DNA of 64,000 nucleotides. Source: the human T2T-CHM13v2.0 reference genome, Homo sapiens. A program made the translations under genes and the position numbers. The stretch's first letter is position 1; each line of letters begins with the position of its first letter. Location: the NCBI RefSeq assembly GCF_009914755.1, contig NC_060925.1. One strand, given 5' to 3'. The notes under the pieces were generated by a model. It was not told the origin of the DNA. It saw nothing but the letters and a program-made list of their open reading frames with translations, and searched no databases. Positions 26,352-43,729 of this stretch are shown here, in pieces.

Positions 26352-26490
26352 CGCCATGGCTACTTATTCTGCCACATGTGCCAACAATAGCCCTGCACAG
26401 GGCATCAACATGGCCAACAGCATTGCCAACCTGAGACTGAAGGCCAAGGAATATAGTTTACAGAGGAACCAGGTGCCAACAGTCAACTGA
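26352..26490 (+). CDS. PRRX1: PRRX1 terminal exon, coding part with OAR domain (245-aa isoform)
   Basis: ccctacag|CGCCATGG. Translates (S)AMATYSATCANNSPAQGINMANSIANLRLKAKEYSLQRNQVPTVN*; SIANLRLKAKEY is the OAR motif; TGA at 26488-26490. Confidence 0.98.
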
Positions 26491-26848
26491 GGAAAAAAAA
26501 TAATTAAACAGGCCTAAGAAGAAATCAAAAACCATAAGACACCTATCCTGCTCTGTTATTTCTTCATCTGCTGGGGGGAAAAAGTAAATTACAAACAAAC
26601 AAACAAAGCAGAACTAAAATATTGGGACCATGGCAGAGAAAAGCAGGAGAGGAGCAAAATGAAAATTAGTTAACAAATGTTCCTCCTCCCTCTGGGATAC
26701 CACCACCACTTGTTTCTGTGTGTGTTTATTTTGTTTTTCTTTCATTCATGCTTTGCTTAATGTACTCCAGGCTTCTTCAGCTAGGTTCAGCCCACCCACC
26801 CCCATGATTGTATGAAGTTTTAAAAAAAACTACAGCAGCCAAAGAAAC

Positions 26849-26868
26849 TATATATATATATATATATA
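26849..26868 (+). repeat. (TA)n microsatellite in the 3' UTR; a second AT-rich (TA)n tract lies at about 27425-27483
   Basis: Seen directly. Confidence 0.9.
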
Positions 26869-27959
26869 TCCAGAATGATTGCCTCTACTGTCCTCATTGA
26901 CTTGTTTGAACCTTAGTGCCTTACCCTGTCCTCTTCCCAGTTCTCTTTATAGAAGCTCTAGGAGCTTTCGAAAAGCCAAAGTCTTTCTGAAGAATCTGTG
27001 CTGGACAGACATAATTCCCTTTCTCATTGTCTCCATCTTTGTTGGTCATGGTAAGGTTTTTCCATCAGCCTCTGAAAAAATAGTTGTGCACAACATCTGC
27101 TCACTGGACTGTCTGATCCAATGTAATTGGCTGCGTCTGGCTAATTCTAAGCACTAAAGTCTACATCTAAGCTATAGATTTAAGCTTGAAGCTACAGATT
27201 ATATCACTATCACCACCACCCCTCACCCTATGCAATCAATCAATCAATCATCTTAAGTTAAAGATATTTGTTGTCTTTGAATGATTTGCTGTCACAGACT
27301 ATTTGGTAGAAGAAATATTTTTCACCTGAGAGAGGAAGAGAAATTTCTCTAGTAACACAAAGAGTGAGTTCTAAAAGGCATGCCCACATCTCTTTCGTGC
27401 CTTAAGGATAGTGAGATGCACACTTATATATATACTGTATATATTTATATATTTATATATATATTTCATATATATATATAATATTGCAAGCTTAAGTTTG
27501 CAATTTCCCAAACAATACAAAAAGCAAATTACACACCCTCACCACTGTTCTTATCTCTATAGTGATGAAACATTAATTAGGGATCTTGCTGCTTTTCTTT
27601 TTCTACACGAAGTTTTCATTAAAGCCACAGAATAATTGATAGGGCAGCTGTTTGAGAACAGGTCCCATTTTCACATTAGGGCTTTAAATGAATTAGAAAC
27701 TATTTGAGGCTATAAAAATGTCCTTGAGTTTGGAGCCTGAGCTCTGGTGAAATGCTGATACATCTGATCTATCATGGGAATTGCAGTTAGAGAGAGTAAG
27801 GAATACCATTTAGTCATCTATCCGTTCTTCACTTAGCAGGAATATGAAAGAAAGGCACATGTTTAAGAGGAATACCTAAAGGTTTTTCTAAATTCCAACA
27901 TTTAAAAGGCAATTGTGGGCTATTTTTATTTTTTAATATTTTGAAATAAAGTTTAGTGT

Positions 27960-28135
27960 CTAGGGCTGGGAGCCAGGACTGATCTTCCATTTCTTTTTCT
28001 TTGTTCCCAGCCATGCTTTTGTAACTTGCCAGGTGGACTTGACCAACTACATTACCATGCTGTGCCTCAGTTTACCCATTTGTAAAATGGGATTAATAAT
28101 ACTTACCTACCTCACAGGGGTGTTGTGAGGCTCTA
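27960..28135 (+). mobile_element. MIR-family SINE embedded in the PRRX1 3' UTR
   Basis: ctgtgcctcagtttacccatttgtaaaatgggattaataatacttacctacctcacaggggtgttgtgagg is the MIR core. Confidence 0.85.
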
Positions 28136-29675
28136 TTCATTTGCTCCTTTATTCTTTCCTGTATTCTCTGTATGTCCAGCACTTTGTAGCCATGGGAGGA
28201 AAGGGACTATAAAAGTGTACAATGTTAATGGAATGATACGGTACCTGAAAGCCTTGTTTTCTAGTAAGAAAATGCTACCTTGCTGTACATACTTATAACC
28301 TTGTATTTGGAAATGAGAAATAGGTTTATATTTTCAGATCTCTCAAAAATCACATCATTTGACCAAAGAATAATTTAAGACACATAGAACAGATTTTTTT
28401 AATTTATATTTTCATCCTGACCAGCTTAGTTCTAATAATTTTTAGTTGTGAGTGATTAAAAAACTTTGGATCAATTTTGGTCAAACATGCCAACTTTGTA
28501 GTCTGAGTGACAGGCAAGGATTTTTGGGTTTAAGATGCACTTTTAGCACACATTTGTATTTCCCTTGGCATATCAGATTGAGCTAATGGTGATGTTATTT
28601 CAATCTAACAGCCACCAATCTGAAATTGTATTTCAAATGTTGATTCTGTAGTTCTTTAAATAATAATGAAGCTCATCTTATACATTTTGCTTTCACCAAT
28701 TGATTCCTTCTTCTTTTAGCCCACTATTAAAACATTTCTTACTGAATGGTTCATGTAGGCTTGCTGAACAGCACGCATTACTTGCTTCCTGAAGAGTTCC
28801 CCCATTCATCCATTTGTCCCATTAGTTGCTGTGGATTATCAAGTTTTGAAGGAACTGTACATCCCAACAGACTGAAACATTCTAAGTGAAATGAGTATAA
28901 TCCAAGTAACTGGTGAACTTTGGAGGTTTGGAGCTTGAAGAGAATGGCTAAGAAGATTTGAATTATAGGGAGGGAACAGAAATCATACATGAAAAGGTTT
29001 TACTGAGAAGGGGAAAACCTTAGATAGAGGGACATGTGAAACAAAATCATTTGAAATTTTGATTCAGACATCCATTTCCAGTGGCAAACAGCAAAGCCTG
29101 AACCCATAAACCCAAATGATAGGTGAAGTTGGGTGGTTTTATCCAATGTCTCAAGCAAGCAATGTCTGGGAATATCATAGAGTAACAAGTGCTGGTCAGC
29201 CAAAGAAACATTCACTGCTGGTGAACCAATACCATAAGCATGTATTATCTAAGCACTTGATCAAGAAATATACATGTTGTACAAGCTCTCAATTTTGTTC
29301 ATTTATTATCAAATTTTTAAAATACAAGTTTGGTATGTGATTTGGAAAAGATGCCTTCTGGATCTTAAGCCAGTTGTCAGTGGAGGTCCTCAGGGCTGCA
29401 AATGTCAAGACATAACCCTGTTCCTCACCATCATGATACCAGATACAGGTGAATACATAGGAACTATCTGCCTGTGTCCTCAATCTCCCTTCAAACAAGA
29501 TGCTGATTTGTAGGGTACTTGGCAGGTTAAATTAAACCAGAAGAGGTGACTTAATAAAAAAGGGAATGACATTTAGGGTATAAAGATCTCATAAGAAATG
29601 TAATATGTAAATTATATCTTGCTTTATGTTGTAAAATATACATTGTTTGCGCTAGAATAGAAATGATTTCTTTTC

Positions 29676-29681
29676 AATAAA
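29676..29681 (+). terminator. Distal polyadenylation signal of PRRX1
   Basis: AATAAA with TGTA motifs upstream and a GU-rich tract about 20 nt downstream; further AATAAA at 29553-29558 and 27945-27950. Confidence 0.8.
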
Positions 29682-30084
29682 AAGAAAGAAGGACTCTACC
29701 ATGTCTTTTGTTATATACATTTAAGCCTGCTGATTCTTTTCTCTTTGAACTTCAAAAACACAGATCTGCTAGAATCTGAGATTACATGCAGAAGAGTGAA
29801 GGTAAGAAGGGCTTATAGACAAGATAACTTTATCTGAGTGTGATATTATTTTCCATAAAACAGGAAAATAATCTATTTTTCCTCAGAAACAAAGACAATG
29901 GTAGGAAGAAGAGGGGACACTTACTATTATAATAGATGAGAATAGAGTGGAACTTTTATGAGAGTTTAGCATTTTCAAAATCAATATCTTTAACATTCAC
30001 AATACTGGACACCATATGGAAAAGACTTCATATAAGCATGGCTGTTTCTTCTGGAGTAAAGAAATAGAAAAATAAAATTTCTTA

Positions 30085-31720
<1,636 letters not shown>

Positions 31721-31950
31721 AAGGTTGATTTAGCAAGTTATGGTAGGAATAAATGCTTTTAAAAAATGGAACCCCTTGCATGGCATTATAAGCTTATTAA
31801 TAAGGATTCTTTCAGTTGCAAGTAGTAGAAACATCAAACTATTCAAATTTATAAAGAGGCTTTATTTGAAGGACAGCTCACCCAGCCGAGATATGCTGCC
31901 AGAGCCAGGACAGCCCCAGGGATCCTAGACCCTGGAACAAAGCCTATACC

Positions 31951-32312
31951 TGTTTTTGTCAAGTTGGGCTGCTATAACAAGATACCATAGACTGGTAGCT
32001 TTAAAAACACACAGTTATTTCTCACAGTTCTGGAGGCTGGGAAATGCAAGATCAGGATGCTGGCAGATTCCGTGTCTGGTGAGGGCCCTTTTCCTGAGAC
32101 AGCCATCTTCTTGTGGCTTTACACGGCAAAAAGAGTGAGCTCTAGTTTCTTTCTCTTATAAGGACATCAATTCCACAGTGGTGGCTCCACCCTCATGACG
32201 TCAGCTAAACCTAATTATCCCCAAATACCCTACCTACTAGCAATATCCGATTGGGGGTTAAAGTTCCAACATATGAATTTAGATGGTACACAAACTTGCA
32301 GGCCTTTTAAGG
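31951..32312 (-). mobile_element. MLT1A-type solo LTR
   Basis: gggctgctataacaagataccatagactgg...tctcacagttctggaggctggga; reverse of the 887-1255 family. Confidence 0.8.
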
Positions 32313-32316
32313 CAGG

Positions 32317-34891
<2,575 letters not shown>

Positions 34892-37029
34892 ATAAGTCCT
34901 TAACCTTCTATCAGGCAAGGCCCATATGCCATGCCCTGAGCCTCACCTATATTCATCTGTCTGTGTCCCTCTCCTGAGAAAAGAGTTTATGGAGCCACCT
35001 GCATGTGCCCACCTGGAGCCTACACCCCCAGTTCTTGACCACACTGCGGTACTTGAGATTTGAAATTCCCTAAACAAGTGATCCCAAGCCCCCTCTCAGG
35101 GCCTGAACAGGCTCTTCTTGTGGTTCATATATCATTGAGGGGTAGTCAAAAGACTACTTTTGGTGGAGGTGAGAGTGTGCAGGTAGACCTGGGTTATGTG
35201 TGCTACAGTTGCTCCCACCCCCCCCCCCACACACATCCACTTTTGGTGCACGATGGGGCTGGGGTGAGGAGAGAAATGCAAAGGCCACAGGCTGGGGCCA
35301 AGGTCTAACCCCCTTCTCCACCACTGCCATGTTCTGGAAAGAAACTCCAAATAGTATGAGAATCCTAACAGCAAACCTGGCTGTTCAAGGCATTATGAAG
35401 GTATGTTTGTTATAGTAGGAGACTAGAACATACTTTAACAGTCTGTTAGCTTGACTTATAACATAAATACATGGATATAAATATGCAGACCTTCCATTTG
35501 TACTCTTTCCCTGGGCACAAGACTGGACAAGAGCTCAACACTCCAGCATTCTGTCTATTTCCCTCTCTTATTTTGGCCTCTTACTTTCTCTTATCTTAAT
35601 TCTTTCCAACTAATCAGCCTTTGAGCAGACAAATAGTATGGGTAGTGGCAGCTTGAGATTCACATTCTAATGAGGGGCAAAGAATCTTCCATGCTGGTTC
35701 TAAGCAGAACAATGCAGGGGAAAGATTCTGGTTGGCCTGGCTAGGCTTATGGGGCTTTCTGAATCAGCACTGTGGTCAGGGAGTGGGGGATCCTCTGATT
35801 GACCAGACTGCTTTATGAGGGACACTCTGATACGCAGATCCATGAGTACTACAGGGAAATAGTCATGGAGCAGGAGCAGCCTTCTATAAGAAGGGAAATG
35901 CTATACCAGAAGGAAAGGGACAACGGACTGACAAAAGTAGCAGAGATTCAACACATTCCATGCCGGGGGCCCCAGCACACACACCACTTTCTTCCCATTC
36001 ATAGTGCCTCTGCTTAACACGATGCCAAAAACTCTCAAGAACACTTATCTCGGAACTCTGAGGCACCCATATTTTTCAGTTAGATCTGTAGGTCTAACTT
36101 ATGATCCTGTCATCTATAGCTAAGGTATTTTAACCATTCCTAATGGGTGTGGAGAAGAGAGGCTAACAATAAAATTTTCATTTAAGGAAGAGTACAGGGG
36201 AAGATAGTGTTTACTTGTCTGTAGCATGTGACACCAGGAACATGGAGCACGCAATCCCTTGACAATAAAGTGGTTTCACTGGTCAGTCTATCCAGCACAC
36301 ATCTGCCTACTTCACCCTTTGTTTGCCATGCACACCCAGGCCTGGGAAACAGGCACTGCTATATTATCCCTGTGGATGGGTGACATACACCCTTTAAGAT
36401 CTGGCTTGGCTGCTTTTTGATTCAATTTTTGGAGATTCCATAACTAGACATTAATATTGTTGAGTCAGAAATATTGTTGAGTTATATTCTTGAGTCTGAA
36501 CCCATCCCAACCCCACTTTTTTTTTTATTTTTATATTTTCTTGACAGGACACAGAGGTCTGCTCATTCCTAGGACCTCAATTTAAAGGCTTCATTCTAAT
36601 CTTCTGCCTTTGGATAGAATGACACAAGAGTCTTGGGCAAGGATAATCTGTCCTTGTCAGGCAAGATCCCAGCAGATTGTAATTTACAGCGAGACGGGGA
36701 GTGGAGTCCTGGCCCGTGGGGAGCAAGGACAGCAGGAAGGGATTGGGAAGGGGCTGGGGAAAGAAGATTTGCAGTCATTTCTCTAGCTCCTCTTAAGCCT
36801 CAGTACTTTTCACTGCGTTTCACAATTCCTGACTTTGTTTGAAAATGGGAAAATGTTTCTACCATTTGGCAGATTCTGACCCTCAGTATGACACTCAGGA
36901 GTCTTGGGTAGCTGGCCTCAAATTGAGATCCTCCAGCTCTTCAAACTACCACAGGTCATCTAGGTCTAGATTTGAAGGTGTGTACTTAGTAACACTCCAC
37001 TTTCATCTATCCATTTTTACATTTCTGTT

Positions 37030-37850
37030 CAGGTACATTTCAGTTGTAAGTGGCAGCAACCCAACTCAAATTAGGCTAAGATAGTCAATCAGAATATTTA
37101 TTAGATGGATGGGATGTGGTCACAGGATGAAAGGGAGATTTATAAGAATCAGAGTAACTCTGAGAACCTCAGGTCCTGGAACTGAGACTTGATGTCACCA
37201 GGACTCCATCTCCCACCTCTGCAGGCAAATTTTCTCCTTACAGTAGGGAAAGGGGCTGCTTGAAGGTGCAGACTTACCTCCATTTAGCTTTGGAAGAAGG
37301 ACCTTAGAAACAAGCTGCTATTATAAAAATCCCGAGGGAGAATTCTGTTTTCTTGGCTTGTATGTACACTCATGAGCCAATCATTGTGCCTTGGAGGTGC
37401 AGGTGTACTGAGTAGCCAGACCAGCATTGCCTGCCTGTCTTAGACACCACTTGGGTGCCAATGCAACTCCTCTTGTCCCCACTTGTAGCCCAGTCATTAC
37501 TGCAGTACCCAGTCTCCATGATATTTCCACCAGCTTTGAAGATAGAACTTCAACTAAACAAACAGATAAATGCTCCCCACTTTTCATCTACATGCATGCA
37601 ATTATTGACCATCAGTCACCATTGAAGTGGTGGCCACCTTGATCATGCATCCTTTTTACCTGTATTCTCTCAACCCCTCATTCCAGCTCTGTGGAATCAT
37701 TTTCCAAGTAAACTTCCTGCATATCAGCCATTACTTCCAACTCCACTTTTTGGGGGGCTTAGGCTGCATCCTTCTCAAAACTATGAGGACTGGGTAGTGG
37801 AGATCTGTTGTTATCAGAAGATAGATGAGGAAATGAAATGTAGGCAGACA
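37030..37850. mobile_element. Old LTR fragments (MLT1K/L-like, with a possible ERVL LTR piece)
   Basis: ttcagttgtaagtggcagcaacccaactcaaattaggctaag resembles an MLT1K/L terminus; the interior is uncertain. Confidence 0.45.
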
Positions 37851-37994
37851 AAAATAGCACAGATACACCAGAGAAAGGAAGAAGAAAGAGAGCACTTTTG
37901 ATGGTAAATTGTTTTTAGCTCAATTGGTATTACCTATTTCTTCTTACTAATGTTGTCAAATATTTGCTGCAAATACTTCAATTAAAACTATAAC

Positions 37995-38440
37995 AACTTC
38001 TTTCCTCTTTCCTGTGGAAGAGAGAATTAGCATTTTAGCAAAATCCATTTGCTCTTCCTTCTGGGCACACAGGTAGATTTCATTTCTCAGCATCTCTTGC
38101 AGGTAGATCTTGTCTCATGACTAATTCCTAGCCAATAGAATGTGAGCATAACTGGAATTTGACTATTTCAATCCTCCCATTCAGACCTCCCATTCACTCT
38201 TCTTGCTATTTATTCCATCTGGCTGTCTAAGGTGACAACTTCTGATCAACTTTGGAAGCCACATTTTAAAGACAGTAAAGTAACAGTCAGCCTGGACACA
38301 GAAAAGTGACCGCATAAAGAAACGCTGCAACCCTCACTGACCTGGAACCATCCAGGAGTGTTGTACCACAGAGAAATAAAGTTCCATTCTGTTGAACCAT
38401 TACACGGCAAGGTCTATTTGTTACTGCAACGCAGCCCAAT
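37995..38440 (+). mobile_element. MLT1J/I-like LTR
   Basis: catttctcagcatctcttgcaggtag...catgactaattcctagccaatagaatgtgagc...gagaaataaa...tttgttactgca. Confidence 0.65.
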
Positions 38441-38899
38441 GTAAAAATATCTCCCTCTTCTTTCTCTCTCTTTCCCTCCCTCCCTTCCTTCCTACTCTCC
38501 CTTCCCTCATTCCTTTCTTCCTTCTATACCACCAGCATTTCAACATCCCTGTGGTAACTCATAGACTTATAGTTCTCAATGAACAGGGGAAATTATTCTC
38601 CCATATTGGATATTTGAATATGTAATACATAGTCTTGTGGCACCTTATGCCCTTGGATTATAACCTAATAAAGTAAATTGAATGTTATAACAAATAAATA
38701 CACTAAATAACCCTTTCAAGAAATTAATGCCTGACACTCTGGAGTTGATGGAAAATATTTCGAACTGTTATTTTAGTTATAAAAAGTCAGTATTCCTAAA
38801 AGGAAGATAGCTAGGTCATCGACAAATTAAAGGCATCTGAAAATTATTTCCTAGAGTCACATATTTATTTGCTTAGTGTCATTCAGTTAAGCAGAGGTA

Positions 38900-39510
38900 A
38901 AATAAGGCTAGCAATCCTGGACAGTTAGAGAAACTCACACATGTGCACAGGAAGACATGAACAAAAATGTTAATTGCAGCATGGTTTGCAATAACAAAAT
39001 ATTGGAGACAAACAAAATGTCCTTCAATGGGAGAATAAACATATTGTGACATGTTCAAACAATGGAATACTATTCAGAAATAGAAAATGAAGGAAACACA
39101 GCTACATTTATTCACTTAGAAACATAACTTTGAGGGGAGGACATGTTGTAGAAAGATGTGCCACCCTTTATAAAAAGTTTAAAAATGCACACTCTAATAG
39201 TATGTTGTTTGTAAACATATATGTATGTAGTAAAAATGCAAAAAAATCATAGAAGTGAGAAATAATTTCATAAAATTTCTGAATTGTTTCAGAAACAATT
39301 TCAGCAAAAGCAACTTCTGAACAAGGGGGCAGAGGATAGGATTGGGACAGGTATACTGGGTGCTTCTAATACATCTGAAATATTTTATTTCTTAAAAATA
39401 TGAGAATAAAATATGACAAAATATTAAATTTGATAAAAGCTGGGTGGTGAGTACAACATGTTTATGGTGTTAACCTCTGTACTTTTCTGTGATTATTATA
39501 GTTCAAAATT
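38900..39510 (+). mobile_element. Old L1M (L1ME/MC-like) 3' fragment
   Basis: aatgttaattgcagcatggtttgcaataacaaaatattgg...caatggaatactattcag. Confidence 0.7.
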
Positions 39511-40029
39511 TGTTAAATGTAGAAAGAAAGAATGGGAAGGTATATTTTACAACCTCAGCAGACGGAGATGTGGGATTGGGGTGGGTATGTTTGTGCAATC
39601 CTTGTCTTTGCTCTAGATAAGCAGGGAGAAGGGAAATCGTAATATATTTTTAAGAAAACTACAGAAAGTTTTGTTGCATGCAATTCAACTTGTCCAGTCA
39701 AGCTTTTAGATGTAAAAGAGTCCAAGAGTCTAAAAGACTTCTACCAAAAATGTCTCCCTTGGTTTACTACTGTACCTAAATTGCCATAAGCAGAGACTTA
39801 TTCCTGCCATCACCGCAGTTTCCAGGAGTCTCCCATTAATTCTGCTGCACGGGGGGCATGGGCTCAACCCATGCCTTGAGAAAATTATTAACCATTTCCA
39901 CAACTGCTTGGTCTTAAAGGAATAGGATATAGTTTTGACGCATGAGATGAGGCAAAAGAGAAGTACATGTGTGAGGTCTGGGAGGATTCTGCTGCAGAAT
40001 AGCAAGCATTAACAGGAATTCTTCAGAGG

Positions 40030-40245
40030 GGAATTTCAGGGGACAACATGATGTAATGGAAAAAACATGGACCTTGGTTCCAGTTCCTGTTTAGCTACTT
40101 ACTTTCAGTGTAATCTTGGGCAAGTTGCTTATCCCCTGAGTCTTTTTTCTTCTTTTGTAAAATGATACCTACATCAGAGATTAGTGGCAAAATTAAAGGA
40201 GACAACATACATGAAATATTAACACAGTACCTGTGTCACACTTCA
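40030..40245 (+). mobile_element. MIR
   Basis: gtgtaatcttgggcaagttgctta...tgtaaaatgatacctacatcagag. Confidence 0.75.
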
Positions 40246-41169
40246 GGCTCCGTTTTCCTTCCATACTATCAAACAACAACTCAGATACATTGGCAAGAGT
40301 CCTGGGCTGCAGATCAGGAGGCTCAGGTTCTCTGTGTGGCATTACAGCAAAAGAAATTCAAAGACGAGGGTAATGTGGCAGTGAGAAGAGGAAGAAAACT
40401 GCAGAAAGGAAAAGAGGGAGTACATGGAATGTGTGTGACTGCTCTGCTCTTTCCAGAAGTATATACAACATGTTTTCTTAGCTTAGCTACACAAGGCTTG
40501 TTGCTTAGCTACACAAGGCTGAGGGTTTGGGTTTCTTCCCCCTTACGTATAAAAATGGCACTCAGAAGTTTAGAAGCCCCTTTTCCCAGCACAATGGGAA
40601 GTCTACAGAATAGTAACTGTGAGGACTTCTGAAGAATTTCTTTTTCCTCTAACAAAATAACCTATTTTCTAGTAACAAAATAGCCTAGCCCCAAAGCAGT
40701 AGAGTGTAGAATTAATTTTTGAGTGAATAAAAGTCCCTGGAAGTCTTTTGTTTAAATCCCCTCTCCCTGCTGTTTGTGCAATGCCCCTTCTTTTCAGGGA
40801 TGAAGTGTTAGAAGCCAGTTAGTTAAGGAGAAATTTCTTCATCCAGGGTAGCAGTCCCTACTTCTCCTGACCTACTCAATCCCACCCTTCCTGGCTCCAG
40901 GTGAGTTTTCAAAGGGCCTACTTGAAGTTAATGCTTGGTTTTCCATCAGTAAGGCAGAAAGCAGGCATTGTAGGCCTATGGATGAATACAGAATTGTCCT
41001 CTGAGCCTCAGAAAACCAATATCTGGGCTGGCTCCCATAAGCCCCTGCTGTGTGTACCTCTAGGTACCTAACTCAGCTTTTGCTGTCTCAGGGAAAGAAT
41101 GCATCTCCTTCTCCACTTCAACCCAACACCAAATAAATTGCTGCTGGTCAGACAGAATATTAAAATTTT

Positions 41170-41590
41170 GCAAATATGCTGTTGACAGGAGATACGTAAA
41201 ATGCAAAGATAGAATTTTGAACATAAAAGTGTGAGAAAATATACATCAGATGAATACTAGGCAAAAGAAATCTGGTCTACCCACATCAATAACAGACAAT
41301 GTAGACATTAATGCAAAGACCACTGTTAGGGATCAGGAAGATCATTAGATAATGATAAAAAGACAAAATTGTTCAACATGAAGCTATAAAAATTTTAGAT
41401 AACATCTAACAACACTTAGTAACAGAGCTTTAAGATTTATAAATGATAAATCAATAGAATCACAAGAAGGAATTTATAAATCCACAACCACAGTTGGAAA
41501 TTTTAACATACCTGTCAGTAAATGATAAAGATTTAAAATTAGAAAGCTTATAGAAGAGTTAAATAAGACCATTAACAAGCATAATCTTTA
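41170..41590 (+). mobile_element. Old L1M ORF2 endonuclease-region remnant
   Basis: caaaagaaatctgg...cagacaatgtagacatt...ataatgataaaa...ggaaattttaacatacct. Confidence 0.6.
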
Positions 41591-41766
41591 TAAATATTTA
41601 TAATATAATTTTAAATATCAATGAACCCATTTTTACTGTAAATTAATTAAATATAATTAACAAAAGAAATATGATGGGGTAAACATCATGGCCCATGTTT
41701 GAAAAGTCATAGACAGTAGAAAGAATTACAGAATAGGAGAGCCAGGAAAATATTTCAACATTTTAA

Positions 41767-42181
<415 letters not shown>

Positions 42182-42378
42182 TATTTTTTATCCCACTGTA
42201 CTGAGTTCAGGAGTGTACCTGGTCTGGGCTCATATTGGTCTACCCAGACTGAGGGAGATGCCTGAATGTACTATACCAAACTGTACCCAGTAATCATATA
42301 GTATATTGTATAGTAGTAAGTTTGATTATCTCAAGCATATATGCGGACCAACCTATGCTCAGTGCTCAGACCTGCTCT

Positions 42379-42706
<328 letters not shown>

Positions 42707-43482
42707 TGAAGAGGCATAGCAGGTAGGCTACCTGAATACTGATATGACTCTCATTCACTTGGACGTTGTAATCTACAAATGCACAGGATTTAGGGTATGG
42801 AAACTTACCTATCCTTCTGTCCTGGAATATCTGCTGGGTATCCTAACAGCACTTTCTTTAAAGATCTTTTAGAAAAATGAATCCAGATTGATTTACTGAT
42901 GTAATGTTTGTGTTTGTTTTTTCGGTCAATCCAAGCCCCTTACTAAAATTTGTTGTCATGTTTGATTTTGCTTCCCAGAAAACAGTTGAGCAGATGGTTT
43001 TTGAGTAAAAAGTTGGGGGTTGGGGGAGGAGAGAATATGGACACAAGGGGGTAGAATGTGTTCATTATACTTTTTTAAGTCAGAAGAATTAGTAAATTGA
43101 TAGATTAGGAGATTCTAAAAACACTTGCTCATCTTCATTTTTGGAGGCCTTTAAAAAATGAGGAAATTTATTATGGCGGGGCTTTTGTGCTCTTTTACTT
43201 GATGGCTTTATCCTTAGGCTGGCAGCTAGAAAGCTGAAAATGTCCAAGAAGATTTTGAGTAAGTTTCTCATTTCTCAACAGGAAAAAATAGACAAATATG
43301 AGACAGATGATGACATTGTACAAATGAATAAATATTTTTACTGTCTGCATAATCATGCCCAAAATCCATGCTTATTCATTGGCATACTTGAGGACTTTGT
43401 TGTAGGTACATTTTTACTCAATATTTTAATCAATTACTTCTGTAAAGGTAAAAAAATTCTATCGTTTATCAAAATAGTGAAA

Positions 43483-43625
43483 AATCTTGTGATTCAAGTG
43501 CATTACTTTTTAAAGACTTGACCCAAAAGTGAGCCAAAGTAACTTGGCATATTTGACCCAAAGTAACTTGAGTCACTTTGACCCAAGTCTTGAAAAAATA
43601 GTTAATGCACTTGAATCACAAGATT
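43483..43625. repeat. 143-bp imperfect palindrome with perfect 23-bp outer arms
   Basis: AATCTTGTGATTCAAGTGCATTA (43483-43505) is the exact reverse complement of 43603-43625; AAGACTTG/CAAGTCTT pair further in. Confidence 0.95.
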
Positions 43626-43729
43626 CATTTGAGATGATCCTCATTTTAAATAGATGTTAGATAATGGGTTAGTGGGCTCCTAATTCCAGGAGAAATGAAA
43701 CGTTATTGAAGCAACATTCTTCACTAGTT

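Larger units (their letters stand above)
26491..29700 (+). other. PRRX1: PRRX1 3' UTR (about 3.2 kb)
   Basis: Mostly unique AT-rich sequence after the stop, ending at AATAAA 29676-29681 with a GU/U-rich element (atgtcttttgtt) just downstream. The exact cleavage site is inferred. Confidence 0.85.

Noticed and set aside
26243-26434. Alternative-frame ORF overlapping the last exon
   Set aside because: Begins in the intron at a non-ATG codon; no support for translation.
40162-40632. 156-aa ORF, the longest non-L1 ORF in the track
   Set aside because: Starts inside a MIR, has no recognisable domain or splice context; consistent with chance.
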